Below, one piece after another: positions 47,841 to 56,504 of a stretch of DNA of 64,000 nt. The stretch comes from an uncultured Gammaproteobacteria bacterium. GTDB lineage: Bacteria > Patescibacteriota > Patescibacteriia > Magasanikbacterales > GWA2-37-8. Positions within the stretch are counted from its first letter, which is position 1, and each line of letters opens with the position of its first letter. The stretch covers positions 163,850-227,849 of the forward strand of contig CAYZGX010000001.1 in NCBI GenBank assembly GCA_964478235.1, read 5' to 3'. The notes under the pieces were generated by a model. The model saw only the letters and a list, made by a program, of their open reading frames with translations, had not been told where the DNA came from and made no database searches. The translations under genes and the position numbers were made by a program.

Positions 47841-48533
47841 TTATAATTGCGCCGCTACATATGTCGCGATCACCGCCGCTGTCTCACCACGCAAAACCGG
47901 CGCACCAAGCGAACGAACAGTCAGCCCAGCTTGTTTAGCTCGTTCACGCTCAGCCTCGCTCCAACCACCTTCTGGACCCACCAGAAGTGCCACCGAGTCT
48001 GCTGCAGCAACATCATTAGGAGATAATTGTTCTGGAGCAAAATCCAAGAAAAAAGTTGCCTCAGGTTTTACTTCATCAAGTGCTTTTTCAAAAGGTACTG
48101 GTTCGCGAATCACCGGTACCGTACCTCGATGTGATTGCTCACTCGCCTCTTTAGCAATTTTTTCAGTGCGCGCTTTATTAAATCCTAATTTAATGGTTCT
48201 ATCTGTAATCACCGGCACAATTTCAGAAGCGCCAGCTTCAGTAGCTTTTTGAACAACCCATTCAAAATTGTCTCGCTTCAAAAGAGCACAATAAAGGGCA
48301 ACAGTGCGCTTAGAAGCTGGCTTGCTTAATTGCTTTTTAATGATTTTCAAAGAAATTTCTTTAGCCCCAACAGACACAATTTCCGACAACAGCTCTGTTC
48401 CGTCTCCAGGCGCAACAATAATTTGCTCAGCCGGATTGAGATCAAGGACATCTTTAATTTGATGAACCAATTCACGGTCAGTGATACTGAAATGATCATT
48501 AACTGGAGTAGTGGTGACAAAAAAACGATGCAT
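47841..48533 (-). CDS. rsmE: 16S rRNA (uracil1498-N3)-methyltransferase
   Basis: MHRFFV start, PUA-like N-domain, C-terminal SPOUT motif LLVGPEGGWSEAE. Confidence 0.85.
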   Translation of the reverse strand: MHRFFVTTTPVNDHFSITDRELVHQIKDVLDLNPAEQIIVAPGDGTELLSEIVSVGAKEISLKIIKKQLSKPASKRTVALYCALLKRDNFEWVVQKATEAGASEIVPVITDRTIKLGFNKARTEKIAKEASEQSHRGTVPVIREPVPFEKALDEVKPEATFFLDFAPEQLSPNDVAAADSVALLVGPEGGWSEAERERAKQAGLTVRSLGAPVLRGETAAVIATYVAAQL

Positions 48534-48595
48534 ATACGATGCTATCTAAGTAGTTTCAGTGTAGCGCTTGAAGACTTTTCAGTCAAACACCAAAC

Positions 48596-48664
48596 CTGTT
48601 CCCCACACTGTCTTCTAGAAGTAAAAGACACTGTTGGGGTGGGGAGCGCTACGTACGCGCTCCC
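48596..48664. repeat. Two adjacent GC-rich hairpins without U-tracts
   Basis: CCCCACACTGTCTT...AAGACACTGTTGGGG (imperfect) and the perfect GGGGAGCGC-tacgta-GCGCTCCCC. Confidence 0.4.
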
Positions 48665-48684
48665 CGAAACCCTTTCTTGCTCGA

Positions 48685-49668
48685 TCAAACCTCCTTGGTA
48701 TAGAGCTCCCGCAAACGCTCAAGCACGAAAGATCCGCACTCCGGAACCTCATGATACAAACGACCGAGCTCTCCGACTGTATTCGCCTCAGCCATGAGCT
48801 GTCGAACAATCACTTCGAGATGGCCTTTGGCTAGACTACCACGACAGAGGCGGTACACCTGTTTCAGCTGATCAGTGCTCGTAGCGTTGGCAATGAGATT
48901 ATTATGAAGCCTGCCGAGCGCATTCACACCAACTGCACGACCCAAATCACCATAAACAAGATACGCATCCGCCAACGTGGACAACTTCTCAAAATCGTCA
49001 CTGGCCAAAACAAGACAGCGCCCAAAAATTTCACCAAGAACTGATGGCGAAGAAGCTTCCCTGTTGCCAGGACGACTCAAAAACTGAATCCAGTCCGAAA
49101 AAGTCCCGACACGCATCATACGCTTGAAAGCTCGTTCACCAAGCTGGCTGTCTCGACTGAGCGACCAGACAAAGTGCTCATCAGTAAACGACTGGGCGGT
49201 GCGCTCCAAAGAAAACATCAGCTCCGAATACAGAGCACTTCGCTTGTCGATGTTCTCAGAAACATACCGCTTGCCCTGCTTGGTGGTCGCGAGTCGGCAC
49301 AGTCGCTGAAAAGCCAACTTGCCATACTTGGTTTCTGAACCAGCCTCAAAAATGATTTGGTAGTGCCCAAAAGTCCGGGCCGTATTGAAAAGCCGCCTCT
49401 GGAGAACCAGTCGCAGTTTTACATCGGTCACGGTTACCAAAGCCTCAGCAACCGTTCCAAAGGGCTCAGCAGTATCCCGAATCTTCCGAAGCATTACCGC
49501 TTGGAACTCCGGGTCGCTGTTGCCAGCAACTTTGTAAACATCAATCAAATCCTTGAGGATCAGCCCCTTCAAAAGACCAGCCGGCAGAGCATTCTTAGCC
49601 ACCACCACGGCCAGAGCCAAACCAATCCTGGCTACCAAATGTTCAAACCGAGTTTTTTGCTCAGACAT
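48685..49668 (-). CDS. Hypothetical alpha-helical protein (no recognised domain); GC content visibly above neighbours
   Basis: 327-aa ORF preceded by a TTGACA-N18-TATACT promoter. Confidence 0.5.
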   Translation of the reverse strand: MSEQKTRFEHLVARIGLALAVVVAKNALPAGLLKGLILKDLIDVYKVAGNSDPEFQAVMLRKIRDTAEPFGTVAEALVTVTDVKLRLVLQRRLFNTARTFGHYQIIFEAGSETKYGKLAFQRLCRLATTKQGKRYVSENIDKRSALYSELMFSLERTAQSFTDEHFVWSLSRDSQLGERAFKRMMRVGTFSDWIQFLSRPGNREASSPSVLGEIFGRCLVLASDDFEKLSTLADAYLVYGDLGRAVGVNALGRLHNNLIANATSTDQLKQVYRLCRGSLAKGHLEVIVRQLMAEANTVGELGRLYHEVPECGSFVLERLRELYTKEV

Positions 49669-49736
49669 CAGAGACCTCGCTCCGACAACGCGGAGAAGAA
49701 AGAGTAAATTGATAAGGAACGACTAAGAACAGGCGA

Positions 49737-49766
49737 AGTATAGGCTAAAAAAGGCCTTTTTGTCAA
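49737..49766 (-). promoter_or_regulatory. Sigma70-like promoter for the 48685-49668 gene
   Basis: Minus strand: TTGACA (49766-49761), 18-nt spacer, TATACT (49742-49737). Confidence 0.4.
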
Positions 49767-49802
49767 CCTATGCCACCTAAGTAGCAGATCAGCCAGCAGG
49801 TC

Positions 49803-49831
49803 TTGCCAAAACCAAAAGTTTATGCTACACT
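49803..49831 (+). promoter_or_regulatory. Sigma70-like promoter for the rpmF-nusB-rnc operon
   Basis: TTGCCA, 17-nt spacer, TGcTACACT. Confidence 0.45.
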
Positions 49832-49889
49832 ATCGATACTTTTGGTAAATCCTATTACCTATTTTTACTTATAGAGTAACTCCACCCCT

Positions 49890-50069
49890 ATGGGTCTCCC
49901 TGGTCATCGACGCACCTCAGGCGATAAACGCCGCCGCCGCACACATGTTGCGCTTTCCGAACAAAGCGTTAACAAGTGTCCAAAATGCCAGAAACCTGTG
50001 CGCCCACATCGCGCCTGCGCTTTCTGTGGCACCTACCGCGGTCGTCAAGTTGTTAAAGCAACTAAATAA
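49890..50069 (+). CDS. rpmF: 50S ribosomal protein L32
   Basis: 59-aa ORF that is not in the ORF track: MGLPGHRRTSGDKRRRRTHVALSEQSVNKCPKCQKPVRPHRACAFCGTYRGRQVV. It carries the bL32 RRTS..RRR.H motif and a zinc ribbon. Confidence 0.85.
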   Translation: MGLPGHRRTSGDKRRRRTHVALSEQSVNKCPKCQKPVRPHRACAFCGTYRGRQVVKATK

Positions 50070-50091
50070 CCCTCATTAGAATCCTTGTCGT

Positions 50092-50541
50092 ATGTCTAAT
50101 CGCCACTTAGGCCGGTCTATCGCCATGCAATCCCTTTTTGAATGGGATTTCAAAGGCACTCCGACTGCTATTTTGCCGGCGATTATTGATCATAACCTTG
50201 GTGAATTTGCTCCCGGCCTTGAAGAGCGTGAATTTACGCAAAAATTAGTCGACGGTGTTATGGAACACCTTAAAGAAATCGACCAAATTATTGCGAGCTA
50301 TGCTCCAAGTTGGCCAATTAACCAAATCACCATTGTCGACAGAAATATTCTTCGAATAGGTGTTTTTGAACTCAAATTTTCCACCGAAGTTCCGCCGAAG
50401 GTAGCGATTAACGAAGCTATTGAGCTCGCCAAGAGCTTTGGCGGTGCTGCTTCTGGTAAATTTGTAAACGGCGTTCTTGGATCTATGTTCAACGACATGG
50501 TCAAAGAAAACCCAAGCCTCAAAGAAGAAAAACAAGGATAA
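50092..50541 (+). CDS. nusB: Transcription antitermination factor NusB
   Basis: [13 protein letters not shown] start and a NusB helical fold. Confidence 0.9.
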   Translation: MSNRHLGRSIAMQSLFEWDFKGTPTAILPAIIDHNLGEFAPGLEEREFTQKLVDGVMEHLKEIDQIIASYAPSWPINQITIVDRNILRIGVFELKFSTEVPPKVAINEAIELAKSFGGAASGKFVNGVLGSMFNDMVKENPSLKEEKQG

Positions 50542-50547
50542 AACCGT

Positions 50548-51327
50548 ATGTCTATTAGCGAAACAGTACAATCATTGCCAGAAGTTGTAGCTAAAAACTT
50601 TGCTTCGCTCGAAGCCAAGATTGGTGTTTCGTTTAAAAAACCGGAATACTTGGTACAGGCCTTTGTACATCGCTCATACCTCAACGAAAATCATGATTTT
50701 CCGTTGGGTCACAATGAGCGTTTAGAATTCTTAGGCGATGCTGTCCTCGAACTTGTCGTTACCGAATTCTTATTTGAAGAATACAGTAACCCCGAAGGCG
50801 AACTCACCAACTGGCGCGCTGCTCTCGTTAACGCCAAAATTCTTTCGAGCATTGCCTACGAAATTGATATGGAAGAATACCTCTTCCTCAGTCACGGCGA
50901 AGCCAAAGATGCTGGCACAAAAGCTCGCGACTATATTTTAGCCAATGCCATTGAAGCGCTTATTGGCTCAATCTATATTGACCAAGGCTATACCATGGCC
51001 AAACAATTTATCACTCGCTGGATCTTGATTAAACTTCCGTATGTTCTCGAAAACGGTTTATGGATTGACGCCAAAAGTCGTTTCCAAGAATCTTCTCAGG
51101 AACTGCTCGGCATCACCCCAACCTACAAAGTACTCCACGAAGAAGGTCCGGACCACAACAAAATTTTCCAAGTCGGCGTCTTCTTGGACAAAGAATTAAT
51201 CGCGAGTGGCTACGGCAGCAGCAAGCAAGAAGCACAAACCGAAGCCGCTGAAGCAGCGATTAAAGTAAAAACCTGGAAAGGCCCAAAAATTACTGTTTTG
51301 AAGCGTAATCCAGGAGATCCATTATAA
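50548..51327 (+). CDS. rnc: Ribonuclease III
   Basis: Signature ERLEFLGDAVLELVV and a C-terminal dsRBD. Confidence 0.9.
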   Translation: MSISETVQSLPEVVAKNFASLEAKIGVSFKKPEYLVQAFVHRSYLNENHDFPLGHNERLEFLGDAVLELVVTEFLFEEYSNPEGELTNWRAALVNAKILSSIAYEIDMEEYLFLSHGEAKDAGTKARDYILANAIEALIGSIYIDQGYTMAKQFITRWILIKLPYVLENGLWIDAKSRFQESSQELLGITPTYKVLHEEGPDHNKIFQVGVFLDKELIASGYGSSKQEAQTEAAEAAIKVKTWKGPKITVLKRNPGDPL

Positions 51328-51334
51328 ACCACAC

Positions 51335-51410
51335 GGGTCGCTAGCTCAGCTGGTAGAGCAGATCCCTCTTAAGGATAAGGTCCTGGGTTCGACCCCCAGG
51401 CGACCCACCA
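51335..51410 (+). tRNA. tRNA-Lys (anticodon CUU), CCA encoded
   Basis: Acceptor GGGTCGC/GCGACCC, D-arm GCTC-AGCTGGTA-GAGC, anticodon loop CTCTTAA, T-arm CTGGG-TTCGACC-CCCAG, then ACCA. Confidence 0.85.
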
Positions 51411-51413
51411 ATA

Positions 51414-51450
51414 ACAAAAACCACTTACTAACGAGTAAGTGGTTTTTTAT
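51414..51450. terminator. Bidirectional terminator between two convergent tRNA genes
   Basis: AAAAACCACTTAC-taacgag-GTAAGTGGTTTTTT. Confidence 0.6.
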
Positions 51451-51453
51451 ATG

Positions 51454-51525
51454 TGCTCCCAAAGGGAATCGAACCCCTATCTTCAGGTTCGAAGCCTGAT
51501 ATTCTATCCGTTGAACTATAGGAGC
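51454..51525 (-). tRNA. tRNA-Arg (anticodon UCG)
   Basis: Acceptor GCTCCTA/TGGGAGC (one G-U pair), anticodon stem TCAGG/CCTGA, loop CTTCGAA, short variable arm, T-arm AGGGG-TTCGATT-CCCTT. Confidence 0.75.
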
Positions 51526-51579
51526 GGACTAGACTCAACTGAGTGTAGCAGAAATAGTGTGTTTTATCAAGAGGTGGCC

Positions 51580-52479
51580 CTAAAATACAACCAAACTCTC
51601 AAACACGTCCTGAGCTGAAGATTTTTTTGTTATCACTTTATTCAGCGCGTACAAAAGTGGGAGTTTTTTCTTATCAATTCCTCGAACCAGACGCATAATT
51701 GCCGGCAAAGAACGAGTTCCTTCGCTTGATCCTTCACCGCTTGTTACCAATTTTTTTCCCACCTGATGATTGCGAGAAGAGCTACTAAAGCCGGTAGCTA
51801 CCAAATCTCCGAGCCCAGCTAGCCCCAAAACTACTTGAGGAGACATTTTTTTAAATTGAATAATACTATACATTTCACTAACCGCTTCAGCCACCAACAA
51901 ACCTTTGCGGTTATTCCCCCACCCCAACCCTTCGGCAACACCCAATGTTAGAGCGAAGACATTTTTAAGAACACCGGCCAAAGCAACTGTTTCAGCTTCT
52001 TTGGAATGCAAAACTCGTAGTTTTGTACCGCTAAACAGCTTACTAACCACCTTATAAGCCGAACTACTCGGTATAGCAATAACTCCAGCACCACCAAGAT
52101 CGCTCCGTAATTCTTCGGCAAGCATCGGACCACTAAGTAGTCCCGACGGCTGACCTCGGCGGAGTGTTTCTCGCATAATTGTCGTCACTGTTTTACCCGT
52201 TTTCTCTTCAATACCTTTAGCAATAGTGATGACCGGGGTGGATTTCTTAAGTAAAGGTGCGATAGCCAAAGAAGCTTCGCGCACCGCAAACGATGGAACG
52301 CACAAAAAGACCACCTGCGCGCAAGGAATAATTTCTTCTAATGATTTTTGGTTTGGTACTTTACCCAAAATTGCGTCCCAATACTCCACTTGCACCAAAG
52401 TATTCTGTTTGGAAATAAAAGCACCAATAATTTGCCCCATTGCTCCCGCTCCCATGCAGACAACAGTTGTTTGTTTCAT
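51580..52479 (-). CDS. gpsA: NAD(P)H-dependent glycerol-3-phosphate dehydrogenase
   Basis: N-terminal Rossmann fold VVCMGAGAMG and a GpsA-like C-terminal domain. 299 aa. Confidence 0.75.
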   Translation of the reverse strand: MKQTTVVCMGAGAMGQIIGAFISKQNTLVQVEYWDAILGKVPNQKSLEEIIPCAQVVFLCVPSFAVREASLAIAPLLKKSTPVITIAKGIEEKTGKTVTTIMRETLRRGQPSGLLSGPMLAEELRSDLGGAGVIAIPSSSAYKVVSKLFSGTKLRVLHSKEAETVALAGVLKNVFALTLGVAEGLGWGNNRKGLLVAEAVSEMYSIIQFKKMSPQVVLGLAGLGDLVATGFSSSSRNHQVGKKLVTSGEGSSEGTRSLPAIMRLVRGIDKKKLPLLYALNKVITKKSSAQDVFESLVVF

Positions 52480-52769
52480 ATCAATAGAAATAAATAATAG
52501 ACAGGTTCAGTATAGCGAAAAAAAATGTTTTATACAAAAATATTTTTTACCAAAAAAAAGTCGGCTGTGTATAACTTTACTTGCATCTATTTATTTATTT
52601 CGCATTTAACCGTATAATACTCACAGGTCGAAGAAGTTTTTTTACAGCGATGCTTGTCTTGTAAAAAAATACTTCACAAAATTTTTTCTCGCGTTCGCGA
52701 GGTTAGAAAAAATATTTTTATCTCTACTCATTTTTTACGAGTAGGCAAAAGATTAAGGAGGTGGCAACT

Positions 52770-52859
52770 ATGGCAAAGAAGAAAAAAGCTAAGAAACCAG
52801 CTAAGCGTAAAGCTACCAAGAAAAAAGCTAAAAAAGGTGCTAAGAAAAAGAAACGCTAG
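52770..52859 (+). CDS. 29-aa lysine-rich small protein (MAKKKKAKKPAKRKATKKKAKKGAKKKKR)
   Basis: Perfect SD AAGGAGG 9 nt upstream of the ATG, a structured AT-rich leader, and an intrinsic terminator immediately downstream. Confidence 0.45.
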   Translation: MAKKKKAKKPAKRKATKKKAKKGAKKKKR

Positions 52860-52867
52860 TTGTTAGT

Positions 52868-52902
52868 AAAACCAATCGCCTCAAGCGATTGGTTTTTTTG
52901 TT
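52868..52902. terminator. Bidirectional intrinsic terminator (micro-ORF / 52914 gene)
   Basis: AAACCAATCGC-ctcaa-GCGATTGGTTTTTTTG. Confidence 0.55.
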
Positions 52903-52913
52903 ATTTTAGCCAA

Positions 52914-54182
52914 TTAAAGTAGCTCTTTGTGAACAGGATTATGGTACTCTCCACCTGATAAAACACGAACCTCTCCATACACACCGTCATATCCTGGTGT
53001 AACACTCAATGTACCTTCACGCATGTTCTTAATGCCAAGCGCAATTTTTGTATATGGCGTATTTTTTTCAATCTCGGCAATCGAAGCATGAAGTAAAATA
53101 AAAAACTCAGCGCCAAGTTTTGAAATAAGACTATCATATTCCTTGGCAACTCGTTTACTCGCCACACCAACCTCAAAACTCTCAGCAATAATTTCTCGAA
53201 GCGGTACAATATAGCGATGTGGAATAATTCTTTTGGCTTGAGTCGAATTTTGTCTATCAGCCAAAGCCTCTACCCGGTGCATCACCCCAATCGTAAGAGG
53301 TTTTTTACATTTTGGACACAGTAATTTTTCACGCTTTGCTTCTTCTGGGGTCAAACTAACTTTGCACGGACGATGTCCATCGTGGTGGTACATCCCCTCT
53401 TCAGGATAAAACTCAATCGTATACGCAAAACGATTTGTATCTTTTTCTTTTAAGATGCGGCGAATCTCGTCGTAAGTAATGACTGATTCTTTTTCAAACA
53501 AAAGAACATTAGCTTCGCGAGCTAACTTGTCGAGGCTGTGGGCATCAGAGTTGGAAATAAGAGTGATGCCATCAAGAGCGCTGAGACGCTGATTCATGGT
53601 AGGGTCACTAGACAGTCCTGTTTCAATCGCAAAAATCTCCGGGGTGTATTCCTCAAAACACGCTTCCAAGCTGTCATAACCCGATTTTGAGCCAAATACA
53701 GCAAACCACGGGGTCCAAGCATGGGCTGGAATGACCATTATCCGCGGATCAATGCCAACCGCTATCGCCACTATCTCTTTAGCTGGGATACCCATAATCG
53801 GGCGACCGTCAGAGCGAAGGTTGGCCCCTCTCGCTTCGAGCGCTTGGTTAAAAGCTTTAGCCGACGCCAAACTAGGAGCAAAAATAAGCAGATGAAGGCG
53901 ACGGGTTTTGTCTTTGTGCTTATATACCACCGAAATTTCAGTGCCGATAATAAATCGAGTAGGGCTAGCTTTATTTTTCAAACAAAACAAACCACTCTCC
54001 CCAACCTCTTCGAGCTCTCGCTCAATAGATGCAAACCACAACGGATGGGTAAAATCTCCCGTTGACACCACCTGAATACCTTTTCGCTCACAAGCCGCTG
54101 CAATGTTTGGTAATTCCAGCTGTTTGGAACATGCTCGAGCATATTTAGAATGAATATGAAGGTCAACAATCGCTTCAATCAT
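52914..54182 (-). CDS. PHP-domain protein with C-terminal zinc ribbon, endonuclease Q-like (TIGR00375-type)
   Basis: MIEAIVDLHIHSKYARACS PHP metal motif, further His/Asp clusters, and CPKCKKPL. 422 aa, which fits the EndoQ size. Confidence 0.45.
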   Translation of the reverse strand: MIEAIVDLHIHSKYARACSKQLELPNIAAACERKGIQVVSTGDFTHPLWFASIERELEEVGESGLFCLKNKASPTRFIIGTEISVVYKHKDKTRRLHLLIFAPSLASAKAFNQALEARGANLRSDGRPIMGIPAKEIVAIAVGIDPRIMVIPAHAWTPWFAVFGSKSGYDSLEACFEEYTPEIFAIETGLSSDPTMNQRLSALDGITLISNSDAHSLDKLAREANVLLFEKESVITYDEIRRILKEKDTNRFAYTIEFYPEEGMYHHDGHRPCKVSLTPEEAKREKLLCPKCKKPLTIGVMHRVEALADRQNSTQAKRIIPHRYIVPLREIIAESFEVGVASKRVAKEYDSLISKLGAEFFILLHASIAEIEKNTPYTKIALGIKNMREGTLSVTPGYDGVYGEVRVLSGGEYHNPVHKELL

Positions 54183-54186
54183 ACAG

Positions 54187-54855
54187 CTATGACAAAAACT
54201 GGCCCCAGGATTCTGGAATCGGAGTACTAGCCGTCACCCGCTCATCGGTGGTAGCAGTAGAAAAAGTCAAAGACGTAGCACATAGCGCCAACGATTTATC
54301 AGCGTTGGCTTCTGGAGCACCATATTTTACATCACCAACAATCGGACAGCCGATCGTCGACAGCTGAGCCCGAATTTGGTGCGATCGTCCAGTGCCCAAC
54401 TGAATTTTAAGAAGAGAAAAATGATTATTTTTTTTAACCACTTCGTAGTGCAAGTCGGCTCGTTGAAAATCTGGTTTTTCAACTGGAGAAATAAGCACTT
54501 TATTCTTATCTTCTTCTTTTTTAATATAATGAACGATAGTATCAGCCTGTTTTGGTGGGTGACCAACAACCAAAGCGTGATATATCTTTTCCACGGTATG
54601 CGCTCGAAACTGCTCTGACAAACGACCAGCTCCTTTAGAAGTTTTACCAAAAACAATCACCCCAGAAACAGGGCGATCGAGACGGTGCACTAAGCCAAGA
54701 AAAACTTTTCCAAGTTTATGATATTTATTTTTGAGGTAATACTTCACTTCATCCATGAGCGTCGCGTCGCCGGTGTCGTCGCCTTGCACCAAAACACCAG
54801 CCGGTTTGTAAACAGCAATAGCATGGTTATCTTCGTACAATACCTGTAAATCCAT
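54187..54855 (-). CDS. RluA-family pseudouridine synthase
   Basis: Catalytic motif HRLDRPVSGVIVFGKT. 222 aa. Confidence 0.85.
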   Translation of the reverse strand: MDLQVLYEDNHAIAVYKPAGVLVQGDDTGDATLMDEVKYYLKNKYHKLGKVFLGLVHRLDRPVSGVIVFGKTSKGAGRLSEQFRAHTVEKIYHALVVGHPPKQADTIVHYIKKEEDKNKVLISPVEKPDFQRADLHYEVVKKNNHFSLLKIQLGTGRSHQIRAQLSTIGCPIVGDVKYGAPEANADKSLALCATSLTFSTATTDERVTASTPIPESWGQFLS

Positions 54856-54858
54856 AAA

Positions 54859-55761
54859 TTAGAGCGAACTCCAGCGTGCAAAAATACCACACGGCAACAA
54901 ACGATCACTTTTTGACTCTTGAATAGTGAGTTCCCCCACTTCAATCTCGCCACCAAGGCCTTCTACCACTTCAGCCAGGTTATTTTTATACGCCAAAGCT
55001 GAATACCCAGAGGCATAGCCATTAATGAGTACAAAAAGAGGTTTATCGGATAAGATTTTTTTACACAAATCTAACAATATTGGAAAGTGTTCTTCAATTT
55101 TCCACACTTCGCCATTTGGACCATGTCCAAAAGCTGGCGGATCCATAATAATACCGTCATATTTCCGTCCACGCTTAATCTCGCGCTTCACAAATTCAAC
55201 AGCATCATCCAAAATCCAACGAATCGGCTTGGCGGCTAAATCCGAAGCAGTGGCATTGTCGCGCCCCCAGCCAATCGCCGTCTTTGAACCATCCACGTGG
55301 CACACTTCAGCGCCAGCTTGAGCAGCAGCTAAGCTCGCCCCGCCAGTGTAGCCAAACAAATTTAACACCTGCACCGTTCGTCCGGATTTTTTAATCTTCT
55401 CTCGCATCCACTGCCAATTTTGAGCTTGCTCAGGGAATAAACCAGTGTGTTTAAATGGTGATAATTTGATGTACATGCGCAATCCTGCAAAAGCAATATC
55501 CCAGCGCTCTGGGACCACAAATCGAGTTTTCCAAGCAGTGTCTTTACCCGAAGCCAAACCGCCTTTGGTCATCGTTTTTTCACGATTAAAATAAGCGTCG
55601 GCTTTGTTCCAAGTCGCTTCTGGCAAACGTTTTTTCCACAAAGCTTGTGGATCAGGGCGAGTGATGATGATTTTTCCATAGCGCTCCATTTTTTCCCCGT
55701 CGCCACTGTCTAGAAGTTCGTAATCGTCACTAGCTATCGTTGAAACAATTGAATAATCCAT
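54859..55761 (-). CDS. Class I SAM-dependent rRNA methyltransferase (RlmI/RlmK-like)
   Basis: Motif I VLNLFGYTGGASLAAAQAGA. RlmI-type C-terminal MTase with a short N-terminus. Confidence 0.75.
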   Translation of the reverse strand: MDYSIVSTIASDDYELLDSGDGEKMERYGKIIITRPDPQALWKKRLPEATWNKADAYFNREKTMTKGGLASGKDTAWKTRFVVPERWDIAFAGLRMYIKLSPFKHTGLFPEQAQNWQWMREKIKKSGRTVQVLNLFGYTGGASLAAAQAGAEVCHVDGSKTAIGWGRDNATASDLAAKPIRWILDDAVEFVKREIKRGRKYDGIIMDPPAFGHGPNGEVWKIEEHFPILLDLCKKILSDKPLFVLINGYASGYSALAYKNNLAEVVEGLGGEIEVGELTIQESKSDRLLPCGIFARWSSL

Positions 55762-55769
55762 ACAAAAAA

Positions 55770-56495
55770 TTATTTTCCAGTATACTCTATTTCACTTTCA
55801 TCTAATCGTTTGAGGCCTTCACCGCTGATTGCTTGTTCATGGGCGTGAGCGACCAAGCCGGGTAGGCGCCCTACCAAGAAAAACCCTTTAGCTAGTTCGG
55901 CTGGATACCCCATATCAAGAATAATCGCCGCCATCGCCCCATCGATATTGATCGGTAGTGGTTTAGAGGTTAACGATTGCAATTCTTTGCCAAAAGCTAC
56001 TGCTAAAGCACAATGTTGTTTATAAAAACCGGTCTTTTTTGCCAAAGCCAAGAGTGTTTTAGCTCGCTCATCGACAGCCAGCACCTTGTGCCCATAGCCC
56101 GGTACGCGAACCTTAGCATCTTTGAGTCGTTTTGCCAACCCTGCCAAGTCACGCTCGTGGATATACGCCTCAAAAAAATGCCCGGCACCCTCTATGGCCC
56201 CACCATGAAGCTCGCCGAGAGCTTGGACCCCAGCCGAGACCGCAGTATGAAGGCTATTACCCGTTGAAGCCACCGTGCGAGCAACTGTCGCCGACGGAGC
56301 GCCGACCCCATGATCAATTGCTGCCACAAACAACGCATTTAGCATTTTAGTTTGTTTAGCACTTGGCATTGATCCGGTCCACAAAAGAGCAATAACTTCA
56401 ACAAAACTCTTTTGTTGAATAAGAGCTGTTAATTTTTTACCACGAATACGTTCCCCTTCTTCGGTAATCTGCGTCAAAGCTGTTTTCCATTGCAT
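55770..56495 (-). CDS. Stand-alone citrate-synthase C-terminal-domain protein (citryl-CoA lyase-like)
   Basis: 241 aa. LGELHGGAIEGAGHF (HGGA catalytic His) and RVPGYGHKVLAVDERAK (GYGH catalytic His plus acidic residue) correspond to the citrate synthase catalytic triad region. The large N-terminal CS domain is absent. Confidence 0.7.
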   Translation of the reverse strand: MQWKTALTQITEEGERIRGKKLTALIQQKSFVEVIALLWTGSMPSAKQTKMLNALFVAAIDHGVGAPSATVARTVASTGNSLHTAVSAGVQALGELHGGAIEGAGHFFEAYIHERDLAGLAKRLKDAKVRVPGYGHKVLAVDERAKTLLALAKKTGFYKQHCALAVAFGKELQSLTSKPLPINIDGAMAAIILDMGYPAELAKGFFLVGRLPGLVAHAHEQAISGEGLKRLDESEIEYTGK

Positions 56496-56504
56496 ACAAA
56501 TACA

